The notes beneath the pieces are model-generated. The model saw only the letters and a list, made by a program, of their open reading frames with translations, made no database searches and was not told the origin of the DNA. The translations under genes and the position numbers were made by a program. From Octopus vulgaris (lineage: Eukaryota): a stretch of 64,000 nt of DNA. Below, in pieces: positions 1-11,740 of this stretch (position 1 is the stretch's first letter; every line of letters begins with the position of its first letter). Location of the stretch: positions 152,644,001-152,708,000 of the forward strand of contig OX597815.1 of assembly GCA_951406725.2 (NCBI GenBank), written 5' to 3'.

Positions 1-979
1 ATTGATTTCTATAAGTTTTCACTTGAGCACTAGCATTGGTCAGTTTTTCTTGTGTCCCATAAAATTAGACTATTCTTACTGCTCTTATGATGTGTTTTTT
101 CATTCTAGGTGACAAGTTGAGAAGTGATGACAGAGAAAGAATGAGGATGCAGGGAGTGAAAGTTGTGAGAAAATGATGATAAGAATGGTGATTTGAAAGA
201 AAGGTGGAGAATGACAAGACTGACTGACAGTTGTGAGCCAACAGAGATGATTAATGATGTTATTAACATCTTGGGAGTGTGATAATTAAAGTCAAAAGTA
301 CTTATAAGAACATCATTCTCAGCTTTCTAATGTAGGAAATTCAATAACAAATCTCAACTAGAAATGTTTATAAGTGGTAAAAATTGTTAAAGATAATTTC
401 CTTTGTTTACAAAATCGTTCTCCAGAATTTCTTCTTGATTTATCATCTTATGGAGATGTCAGATTTTTACAGTAGTCTGATGTGTGGAGTTTCTTCCCAG
501 AATGTCTCAGGTTTACAAGGGCATTATAGTATTATAATATGTATTATAGTCTATATATATATCTCACTGAATGTTCAAAAACAAATGTTTTTTATTGCAA
601 AAACACAACTGTTTTCACTAACTAGACATACAAATAAACATCTCTATAAAAGTTAGCTTCAATCTCCACAATTTTACCTTTATTTTCTTCTTGACTACCC
701 GAAATATGCAAACATACTTTTTATTGGAATACCAGAAACATACTTTTTATTGGAATACACGGAGAAAAAGAAGGAAATAAAAATAGATGATACTAATAAT
801 AGATTCTCTATCATCGAACACAACTCTATTCACAAACACAGATCAAAGTCGGCCCTTCGTTGATTTTTTTCTCAAAGTCATGGTCACTATTTGCATGTTC
901 CAACAACAATATAGTAGACATTTGAACTCTTTTTGACCGATCAGACTCCATCATACTTTTAAAAAAAAAGTAGTAGTTG

Positions 980-1800
980 CGTATCTTTTCCTTTTGAACG
1001 GCACTTTGTAATTAAAAAGTTTTAAACTTTGTATACTGGTAGAATGTGTTTGTAAAACATCTTTTTCTCTTGGCTTTATTGAGAAAATTGTATAGGTTGT
1101 AAGATATTTTGTCTTTAATTTCAAGCATTTTGGCAATTTTAACCAATCGCTGAGGCCCATTTAGGTAAGTAACATTCTGTGCATAATGAATATGTCCCTC
1201 CTATGAGAAACAGATTGCATATATTTACATTTGTGAAGAAAACAAGATACCCTTCCCCAACCCCTAACCCTAACTAACCCTAACTCTAATCCTAAATCTA
1301 AAATAGACTGAAATGCAATAGATTGATACTAGGTCCATAATTATGGATGACATTTTCATTTGACACTGCTAGAAAAAAAATCCCATTTTCCATAGCGGTG
1401 TCGTATGAAATTGTCACCCATAATTATAACCCTAGTATTGATCTATTGCATTTCAATCTATTTAGGGTTAGAGTTAGGGTTGGTCAGGTTTAGGGTTATG
1501 GGTGGGGGAAGGGTATCTTATTTTCTTCACAAATGTAAATAAATCCAATCTGTTTCTTAAAGGGGGGACATATTCATTATGTACAGAATGTTATTTACCT
1601 AAATGGACGTCAGCCATTGGTTAAAGTTGCCAAAATGCTCGAAATTAAAGACGAAATATCTTACAACATATAGAATTTTCTCAATAAAAACAAGAGAAAA
1701 ATGATGTTTTACAAACACATTCTACCAGTATACGAAGTTGATAACTTTTTAGTTACCTAGATATTATGTCACAAAGTGCCGTTCAAAAGGAAGAGATCCG
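980..1800. mobile_element. Foldback/MITE-like element with internal (CCCTAA)/(TTAGGG)-like repeats, copy 1
   Basis: Ends cg(t/g)atcttttccttttgaacggcac ... gtgccgttcaaaaggaagagatccg. Two imperfect ~390-bp inverted arms around a ~20-bp spacer (about 1372-1392). Telomere-like repeats near 1260 and 1470. Confidence 0.8.
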
Positions 1801-2379
1801 TAGTAGCTGCTACAACTACTACCACTGCTACTATCAGAAATAACTACTACTACTACTGCTACAATTAGAAACATAAGTTGACAGTGACATCGAGATGTTT
1901 TTCCCTGTGTCTGAATCATACTGGTGACACCAATGAAAAATCCCTTTCTTTTTTTCTTTTGTTGGGAGAAAAGAGAATTTACAGTAACAACAAACCTTCA
2001 GCTCTCACTCCAGCATAAAAATTACTTCAACAAAATATTTTAATAGGGAAAAACGTGCGAAAAAATTAAATTAAATTAACGAAAGACAAATACATGAGCC
2101 TTCTCGCACATAAACACATTTATTCACATATATACAAACACATAAGCAGATGCAAATATTGAAGTACTAAATAGTAAAACAAATAATATTTAACCACATG
2201 GAGCATTTTACATGCATATCAATATTCTAAAGTTGGACCTACTATTCCTTATCCTAAAGCTACTAACAGATAAAGAAGAAAAGTTCCTGACTCATTTCAT
2301 CGTCTACTTTCAATCTTTGATTGTGATTCTGCTCAACCCAAACTTTCTCAGATTTTGCCTGCTGTTATCTACACCTACA

Positions 2380-3585
2380 AAGATTGCAGCTGTTTTTGTT
2401 CCTGCTTTTAACTATCAGAATTATCCTAGAACCCCTGGCAGCTATAGAAGATTGTTTTTGTCAACCATCTATCATGTCGTCCAAGCCTGGCTCAGCTACC
2501 TACAAATCGAAACTGATATCTGCGAAAAAAGGCGATCAATGATATCAAGCTTTCACATGAAGACCCTGAAATCAAGATTTCTAATCAAGAAGATGGTCTT
2601 ACTAACAAACATCTCAATGAGCAGTTGCTGTTGCTTAAACAAGAGGTCGAGCACCTTAAGTCTGTTGTTGCTGAATTACAGAATAAACAAACTGAATCCC
2701 ATTCAAAGTCTCCTATTGATGCAGAGCCACCCTTGATTTCTTCCCTAAAGACTTCCAAACTGAAGGGATCAAAATCGAAGCGGTCAAAGAAGGCAGAAGA
2801 ACCGGCAGTAATTTCCACTCATGATCCTATCTGTGCGGATTCTTCCTCATCTGCCTTTTCGGTCCCGGAGGTTCCCCAACCTGAATTGAGGAGCGTACAC
2901 TCAAACCCACCTGAAGACCATTGTTCTCCCCAAAAGAAAAAATGTAGTCAAAACTCCGGTGGGGCAGATTTAGATGTGAAACCTGCTCAAGATCAAATCT
3001 GTTTGGATTCTCCCTCATTTGTCCTTCTCATCAATGCCATTGCTCAACCAATTCTGCATGATCTTGATGTAAGTTCATCTGGGGAGTGGTGCTCCTCCAA
3101 AACAAAGAAGGGGCAGAACAGTTCCAAACCAGGCGGTAAAGTTATGACCACTAAACCCATTTCGATCGACCCCAACAGCCTACATAAGTGTGATGGCTAC
3201 GAAACCGCCCTTTCTAATTGATCAGATGAAGAATCGAATGCCGTAGTTCACAGTAGAGAACAGCAGAACGACCATTTTGCCCACTCAAGATCAGCAATCA
3301 TTTATTGTAAAGCTGAATCCACCGTTGATACAAGCATAAACCGCCTAAAAGCTGACATAAGTTTTGTTTCCGTTTTAGTTGGAGAATTGCACTTTGTCAA
3401 CGAAAATGTCATTATCCATAAGGTCGCTCGGCTAGGAAGATTCCAAGTGAACTCAACCTCAGACACTAGACCACGCCCAATAAGGGTAGTCTTTTCTGCC
3501 AATCAGGAGGCTTCAACCTTTCTGAACAGAGTTCAGAAGCATGCCCGGGAGGATTCTATATGGGTTTTCGCAAGGAATACTCACT
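2380..3585 (+). mobile_element. CR1/L2-group LINE ORF1 fragment (degenerate, 3'-truncated)
   Basis: Coiled-coil LKQEVEHLKSVVAELQ and the ORF1 motif RLGRF...RPRPIRVVF. Contains stops and frameshifts. Paralog of 9264-10503. Confidence 0.8.
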
Positions 3586-4125
3586 TTGAAGTGTGTACAG
3601 GGGCCATTTTCTTATAGTGCTAGCACTGGTCAGGTTGTCTTGCATCTCATATTATACAATTCTCATTGTTCTCTGATGTGTTTTTACAATCATGAAGACA
3701 TGTTGAGAAAGTGAGATGTTTAAGTGATAAGGGAAGAATAATGTGGATGCAGGTACTGAAAGTTACAAGAAAATGAGGATAAGAACAATGACATTAAAGA
3801 GAGGTGGAGAATGACATGACCAAACGGATGAAGCTAAGATACAATTATTTGTGAGATGGTTAATGATTCACTAACATCTTGAGAATCCAATAATCAAAGA
3901 CAGTGTTACTTAATGGAACATCAATGCTGGCTTTGGTAAAGTATGAGGCTTAATCACAAAATCTCAACAATCATTAGAAAGTCTACCTGTGAAATCATTT
4001 GTTCAGTGTTGTTGTGAATGTTCGTAAAAGGTAAAAGTTTTGATTAATAATTATAGCGTTTTGTATGAATGTGAATGTTGGTAAATTTTACTATAAATTA
4101 TAACACTTGAAATTATGAATTTCAG

Positions 4126-4161
4126 ACATGAATCTGCAGAATACACTTGCACAGCCACATG
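4126..4161 (+). CDS. 36-nt symmetric phase-1 micro-exon (xMNLQNTLAQPH) of an unknown gene
   Basis: tttcag|ACATGAATCTGCAGAATACACTTGCACAGCCACATG|gtgagt. Same length and splice context as 6822 and 16457. Confidence 0.7.
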
Positions 4162-4767
4162 GTGAGTTTAAAACTGAAGTACCAAATTGATTTCTATAAG
4201 TTTTCACCCAAGCACTAGCATTGCTCAGTTTTTCTTGTGTCCCATAAAATTTGACAGTTCTTAATGCTTTTATGATGTGTTCTTTCATTCAAGGTGACAA
4301 GTTGAGAAATGATAACAAAAGGATAATGAGGATGCTGGGAGTGAAAGTTGTGAGAAAATGAGGATAAGAATGGTGATTTGAAAGAGAGGAGGAGAATGAC
4401 AAAACTAAGTGACTGTCAGTTGCCAGCTAACAGAGATGATTAATGATGTATTAACATCTTGGGAAACTGATAATTAAAGTCAAAAGTACTTATAAGAACA
4501 TCATTTTCAGCTTTCTAATGTAGGAAATTCAATAACAAATCTCAACTGAAAATGTTTCAGTTGTTGAAGATAATTGTTAAAGATAATTTCCTTTGTTTAG
4601 AAAATCGTTCTCCAGAAGTCCTTCTTGATTCAAAATCTTATGAAGTTGTCAGATTTTTACAGTAGTCTGATGTTTGATATGAGATATCCTCTCTTGCAGG
4701 AGTATCTTCCCAAAATGTCTCAGGCTAGAATACGTATTATAATCTATATATATATATATATATATAA

Positions 4768-5050
4768 AACTTAGATTGCATGTATCTGTGCGTGTAAATG
4801 TGTGTCTGTCTGTATGTGTGCATCACTAAAACTCAAGATCTAACCTACTGATTTCATTCAAATTTCACACCTGCCTTAGTTATGGTCCATGTGGTGTCAT
4901 GGGCCGAACAAAGTTTCAACGTCTTGCGTAATGTGATCCTGGAGCAATCTCTTATCTCTTACACTATTTCGGTATTACTTGTCAGAAGTGAAACAATAAA
5001 ATCTCTATTGTAATGTGAATTAATACATTCACTGTGATATAGTTATGTAT
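4768..5050. mobile_element. Non-autonomous Helitron-like (DINE-1/Lep1-style) element; related copies at ~11748-12030, ~13910-14190 and inverted at ~63225-63480
   Basis: Shared (tgtc)n...ctaaaactc...actgatttcattcaaatttcac...ggtccatg...gtcatggg motif next to (TA)n. Class assigned by resemblance only. Confidence 0.5.
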
Positions 5051-5784
5051 GTATCTGTAAGTATATATATGCATGTATATGTATGCATGTATATGTATGT
5101 TTACATATACATGCACACATATCAGATCAGATTGGAGCCTGGTGCAGCCTTCAGGCTTGCCAGACCTCACTCAGACCTCAGCATGGAAAGCGGATATTAA
5201 AAGACGATGATGATTATGATGATGGAAGTTCTACAGTATAGATCTGTGCTGAGACATAATAATATTCACTGCAATGAAAGTCACATATTTTTTAGTCAGA
5301 TTATATACAAGTTATATAGATATCTAGTATTGCAATGTCAGACAGTGTTTTTTTGTATTGTATCACATATACAACCTGTTAACATGATAATGAATCAGAT
5401 ATTATTTATTAACTGATTTACATTGGTATTTCTGAAATTTAACCTTATTTTGCCATAGCATCGTCTTGTACCCTCACCAAACAGATTTAAACTTTATTAC
5501 CATCTGTGTAAATAATTCAACTGTTTTTCTTGGGCATGCAACCACTCCACTACAAACTGGTATTATTGACTTCTATAGTCCAATAAGGTCCAGATGTTAT
5601 TGTGTCCTAAAACAAAATGTGAAGCATATCTGTATATTTATGGTACTATTTCGGTATATTTTATAAAGCATTATTGTGACCTTTTGTAATTAGTTGGTCT
5701 TAATTCACATCAATGACAAATGTAGTACAACAGTGGTAATGTGAATGGGATTACATATTCCTTGTGATGTTGTCCTTATATTAG

Positions 5785-5832
5785 CTATAACATCACATAC
5801 AGTTTCTGTCAGTCACACCTTGCTACACAGGT
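5785..5832 (+). CDS. Candidate 48-nt symmetric phase-1 micro-exon (xITSHTVSVSHTLLHR)
   Basis: ccttatattag|CTATAAC...ACAGGT|gtaagt. Length is a multiple of 3 and it is open in phase 1, but the acceptor is weaker. Confidence 0.4.
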
Positions 5833-6821
5833 GTAAGTTCCAAGTCCTCAAGTTTAGATACAGGCTGCTTGATGCAAAATAATAAATGATAGTGTCATTA
5901 CCATTCACCATCAGCTTCCAGGCTCCCATTGATTAGATGGGTCATCAATGTCCAAGTCAGTTCTTATTCTGAGTTAACATCCACTTTCACTAATTGAGGT
6001 ACACACACGTCTCACTTAAATACTCTGGATTTTCTTTGAGGAGATACCCTTCTTAACACCAACCATTTTATAAAGGATCTTGGGTATGTTTTATTGTAAC
6101 ACAGGCAATAATAAGACTGTCATCATCATCACCATTTATCGTCCATTGTCCATGCTGGCATGGGGTGGACAGTGTGACCAGAGCTGACAAGCGGAGGGGC
6201 TGTACCAGACTCTAATGTCCACAACTAGATTGAACGTTGCACTCAAAATTACGCAGTCTCCTCTCATTCATCAATCACTTTCATGTGCGTACTGGGGCCA
6301 GTTTCTCATAGTGCTAGCACTGGTCAGGTTGTCTAGCATCTCATAATATTATACAATTCTCATTGCACTTTCATGTGTTTTTACAATCATGAAGACATTT
6401 TGAGAAAGTGAAATGTTTAAGTGATAAAGGAAGAATTCTGAGGATGCAGGTACTGAAAGTTACAAGAACATGGTATAAGAATAATGACTTGAAAGAGAGG
6501 TGGAGAATGACATGACCGAATGGATGAAGCTAAAATACAATTATTTGTGAGATGGTTAATGATTCACTAACATCTTGAGAATCCAATAATCAAAGACAGT
6601 GTTACTTGCTAGAACATCAATGTTGGCTTTGGTAAAGTATGAGGCTCAATCACAAAATCTCAACAAGACTTAGAATGTGTACTTGTGAAATCATTTGGTC
6701 AGTGTTGCTGTGAATGTTTGTAAAAGGTAAAAGTTTAGATTAATAATTATAGCTTTTTGTATGAATGTGAATGTTGGTAAATTATACTATAATTTATAAC
6801 ACTTGAGATTATGTATTTCAG

Positions 6822-6857
6822 GCTTACAAAGGCAGGTTACAAATGAAGAGCCAATAA
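6822..6857 (+). CDS. 36-nt symmetric phase-1 micro-exon (xLQRQVTNEEPI)
   Basis: tttcag|GCTTACAAAGGCAGGTTACAAATGAAGAGCCAATAA|gtgagt. Only the phase-1 frame is stop-free. Confidence 0.7.
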   Translation, partial: AYKGRLQMKSQ

Positions 6858-6881
6858 GTGAGTATAAAACTGAAGTACCAA

Positions 6882-9800
6882 ATTGATTTCTATAAGTTTT
6901 CCCTTGAGCACTAGCATTGGTCAGTTTTTCTTGTGTCCCATAAAATTAGACTATTCTTACTGCTCTTATGATGTGTTTTTTCATTCTAGGTGACAAGTTG
7001 AGAAGTGATGACAGAGAAAGAATGAGGATGCAGGGAGTGAAAGTTGTGAGGAAATGATAAGAATGGTGATTTGAAAGAAAGGTGGAGAATGACAAGACTG
7101 AGTGACAATCAGTTGGGAGCCAACAGAGATGATTTATGACATATTAACATCTTGGGACTGTGATAATTAAAGTCAAAAGTACTTATAAGAACATCATTCT
7201 CAGCTTTCAAATGTAGGAAATTCAATAACAAATCTCAACTAGAAACGTTTATAAGTGGTAAAAATTGTTAAAGATAAATTTCTTTGTTTACAAAATCGTT
7301 CTCCAGAATTTCTTCTTGATTTATCATCTTATGGAGATGTCAGATTTTTACAGTAGTCTGATGTGTGATATGAGATATCATCTCTCGCCGGAGTATCTTC
7401 CTGGAATGTCTCAGGCTTACAAAGCATTATAGTATCATAATATGTATTATAGTCTATATATATACCTCCCTGAATGTCCAAAAACAAATGTTTTTTTATT
7501 GCAAAAACACAACTGTTTTCACTAACTGGACATACAAATAAACATCTCTAGAAAAGTTAGCTTCAATCTCTACAATTTTACCTTTATTTTCTTCTTGACT
7601 ACCCGAAATATGCAAACATACTTTTTATTGGAATACCAGAAATAAACACACGGAGAAAAAGAAGGAAATAAAAATAGTTGATACTAATAATAGATTCTCT
7701 ATCATCGAACACAACTATTCACAAATACAGATCAAAGTCGGCCCTTCGTTGATTTTTTCTCATGGTCACTGTTTGCATGTTCCAACAACAATATAGTAGA
7801 CATTTGAACTCTTTTTGACTGATCAGACTCCATCACACTTTAAAAAAAAAAGTAGTAGTTGCGGATCTTTTCCTTCTGAACGGCACTTTGTAATTAAAAA
7901 GTTTTAAACTTTGTATGCTGGTAGAATGTGTTTGTAAAACATCTTTTTCTCTTGGCTTTATTGAGAAAATTGTATAGGTTGTAAGATATTTTGTCTTTAA
8001 TTTCAAGCATTTTGGCAATTTTAACCAATCGCTGATGCCCATTTAGGTAAATAACATTTTGTGCATAATGAATATGTCCCTCCTATAAGAAACAGATTGC
8101 ATATATTTACATTTGTGAAGAAAACAAGATACCCTTCCCCAACCCCTAACCCTAACCCTAACTAACCCTAACTCTAATCCTAAATCTAAAATAGACTGAA
8201 ATGCAATAGATCGATACTAGGTCCATAATTATGGGTGACATTTTCATTTGACACTGCTAGAAAAAAAATCCCATTTTCCATAGCGGTGTCGTATGAAATT
8301 GTCACCCATAATTATAACCCTAGTATTGATCTATTACATTTCAATCTATTTAGGGTTAGTCAGGGTTAGTCAGGGTTAGAGGTGGGGGAAGGGTATCTTT
8401 TTTTCTTCACAAATGTAAATAAATCCAATTTGTTTCTTAAAGGAGGGACATATTCATTATGTACAGAATGTTATTTACCTAAATGGACGTTAGCCATTCG
8501 TTGAAATTGCCAAAATGCTCGAAATTAAAGACGAAATATCTTACAACATATAGAATTTTCTCAATAAAAACAAGAGAAAAATGATGTTTTACAAACACAT
8601 TCTACCAGTATACGAAGTTTAAAACATTTTAGTTACCTAGATATTATGTCACAAGGTACCATTCAAAAGGAAATGATCCGTAGTTGCTGCTACAACTACT
8701 ACCACTGCTACTATCAGAAATAACTACTACTACTACTGCTACAATTAGAAACATAAGTTGACAGTGACATCGAGATGTTTTTCCCTGTGTCTGAATCATA
8801 CTGGTGACACCAATGAAAAATCCCTTTCTTTTTTTCTTTTGTTGGGAGAAAAGAGAATTTACAGTAAAAACAAACCTTCAGCTCTCCTTCCAGCATAAAA
8901 ATTACTTTAAAAAAATATTTTAATAGGGAAAAACGCGTGAAAAAATTAAATTAAATTAACGAAAGACAAATACATGAGCCTTCTCGCACATAAACACATT
9001 TATTCACATATATACAAACACATAAGCAGAGGCAAATATTGAAGTACTAAATAGTAAAACAAATAATATTTAACCATGTGGAGCATTTTACATGCATATC
9101 AATATTCTAAAGTTGGACCTACTATTCCTTATCCTAAAGCTACTAACAGATAAAGAAGAAAAGTTCCTGACTCATTTCACCGTCTACTTTCAATCTTTGA
9201 TTGTGATTCTGCTCAACCCAAACTTTCTCAGATTTTGCCTGCTGTTATCTATACCTACAAAGATTGCAGCTGTTTTTGTTCCTGCTTTTAACTATCAGAA
9301 TTATCCTAGAACCCCTGGCAGCTATAGAAGATTGTTTTTGTCAACCATCTATCATGTCGTCCGAGCCTGGCTCAGCTACCTACAAATCGAAACTGAGATC
9401 TGCGAAAAGGGCTCGTTCTGCTGATCCTCTTTTGGAAAATTCAGTTAAAAAGGCGATCAGTGATATCAAGCTTTCACATGAAGACCCTGAAATCAAGATT
9501 TCTCATCAAGAAGATGGTCTTACTAACAAATATCTCAACAAGCAGTTGCTGTTGCTTAAACAAGAGGTCGAGCACCTTAAGTCTGTTGTTGCTGAATTAC
9601 AGAATAAACAAACTGAATCCCATTCAAAGTCTCCTATTGATGAAGAGCCACTCTTGATTTCTTCTGTAAAGACTTCCAAACTGAAGGGATCAAAATCGAA
9701 GCAGTCAAAGAAGGCGAAAGAACCGGTAGTCGTTTCCACTTATGATCCTATCTGTGCAGATTCTTCCTCATCTGTCTTTTCGGTCCCGGAGGTTCCCCAA

Positions 9801-10503
9801 CCTGAATTGAGGAGCGTACACTCAAACCCACCTGAAGACCATTGTTCTCCCCAAAAGAAGAAATGTAGTCAAAACTCCTGTGGGGCAGATTTAGCTGCGA
9901 AACCTGCTCAAGATCAAATCTGTTTGGATTCTCCCTCATTTGTCCTTCTCATCAATGCCATTGCTCAACCAATTCTGAATGATCTTGATGTGAGTTCATC
10001 TGGGGAGTGGTGCTCCTCCAAAACAAAGGATAGGCAGTGCAGTTCCAACCAGGCAGTAAAGTTATGACCACTAAACACATTCTGTTCGACTCCAATGGCC
10101 CACATATGTCTGATGGCTACGAAACCACCCTTTCTAATTGATCAGATGAAGAATCGAATGCCGTAGTTCACAGTAGAGAACAGAACGACCATTTTGCCCA
10201 CTCAAGATCAGCAATCATTTATGGTAAAGCTGAATCCACCGGTGATACAGGCATAAACCGCCTAAAAGCTGACATAAATTTTGTTTCCGTTTTAGTTGGA
10301 GAATTGCTCTCTGTCATCGAAAATGTCAGTATCCATAATGTCGCTTGGCTAGGAAGATTGCAAGTGAACTCAACCTCAGACACTAGACCACGCCCAATAA
10401 GAGTAATCTTTTCTTCCAATCAGGAGGCTTCAACCTTTCTGAACAGAGTTCAGAAGCATGCCTGGGAGGACCTCTATATGGGTTTTCGCAAGGAATACTC
10501 ACT
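6882..10503. repeat. Segmental tandem duplication, copy 2 (matches 1-3585)
   Basis: Same collinear match, offset about 6.9 kb. Confidence 0.95.
7862..8680. mobile_element. Foldback/MITE-like element, copy 2, flanked by 6-bp direct repeat TAGTTG
   Basis: cggatc...gatccg termini; tagttg at 7856-7861 and 8681-8686. Confidence 0.8.
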
Positions 10504-11740
10504 GAGACAGAATTCATCGAAGAAACCTGATATCCGAGCTGAAGATGAGAAAACAGATGGGAAAGAAGGGTTTACGCATACAAGATGGTCAAATAATCAA
10601 GTACTACCTCTGGTCACATGCTGTAGTGCTGACACGGAAAGTTAATCGAGGGCGAATCAAAGTAAAGTAGATACCCCCGACAACAATGCTATCCTTCATA
10701 CCCCTTATTCTGCTTGTTCTCTAATTCCCGCCCCTCTATCTTCAGGGCTCAGCATCATCTATATTAACTCGTGCTCCTTACTTCCAAAGTTCAGCGAATT
10801 ATTTACATTGGCCATGCGTGATTCTCCAGATGTGATAGCTATCACCGAGACTCGGCTGACTCCAGCAGTAAAGGACTCTGAATTCCACCTACGGGGCGAC
10901 ACGCTCTTCAGATGTGACAGAGAAAAAGGGCGAGGTGGAGGTGTTGCTGTGTATGTCAAATCTGATTTCAAACCGTCCAGCTGTATTCTATTCACTAATG
11001 CTCAACCTACAACAAAATTCTATGCCAACTATTGCAAGCTGAGCCTATCCAGGTTTTGCCTGCCCGTGTTAGCTGTCTACAAGCCACCTCTTGCTGACCC
11101 CCAGGACGATGCTCATTTACTCAAAGCAATAAGATTCGTTTCATCTTCTCATGAATGTTTGATATTAGGAGACTTAAACGCTCCCACGATCGACTGGCCC
11201 GCATCAATTTGTACATCATCTTCCCTGTTCGGCCAGGCCCTTCTTGACATGGCTGAAGATTGTTTTCTATTGCAACATGTTGAATCTCTGATAAGGCATC
11301 GGTCTGGGCAGCAGTCATCTCTGCTGGATCTGGTATTCTCCCGCTATCCAAGATCAGTGTCAGGCTTATCTGTGTGCAGCCCTCTTGCCAAGAGTGATCA
11401 TGCTGTCCTGAAGTTCGACATGCACAAAACTTTTTCTACGTCCACGACTACTTCGCTACCACGTAGAGTCTTCTCTGCAATCAATCTTGAAATTCTAACC
11501 GAGGCTTCTGTGCTTCTGGACTGGCAATCCCTGATGACGATGTCCTCAGTTGACAAATAAGCTGCCGGATGAGATAGTGAAGATGCCGACGACCGCTTGG
11601 TACAAAGTCTCTCTTGACCAGAAATGGACTGAACTCTTTGTATGACCACACTCCTTGTACATAACTCCCTATCCCCCTACATGCCCTTTCTTTTGCGTTT
11701 TGAGCCAATAAAAATTAAATTAAAATTAAAATTAAAAATA
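9264..11740 (+). mobile_element. CR1-group LINE: ORF1 + APE endonuclease + ORF2 C-terminus and 3' tail, RT domain missing
   Basis: APE motifs PDVIAITET, RGGGVAVYVK, GDLN..IDW, LDLVF and SDH in ORF 10808-11560. Then NKLPDEIV...K.SLDQKW* (11556-11645) and an (AAATT)n tail. Confidence 0.88.

Larger units (their letters stand above)
1..3585. repeat. Segmental tandem duplication, copy 1 (matches 6882-10503)
   Basis: Starts attgatttctataagtttt at both 1 and 6882. Collinear through the foldback element and LINE ORF1 up to ggaatactcact (3585/10503). ORF-track peptides are near-identical (951 vs 7833, 2212 vs 9092, 2625 vs 9264). Confidence 0.95.

Noticed and set aside
1255-1510. Telomere or chromosome-fusion site
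   Set aside because: The repeats are few, degenerate and internal to a duplicated foldback element.
5466-5666. ORF conserved with 14684-14884, and a minus-strand acceptor at 5607-5608
   Set aside because: Conservation is explained by recent duplication. No recognisable protein, and all minus frames after the acceptor stop within 20 codons.
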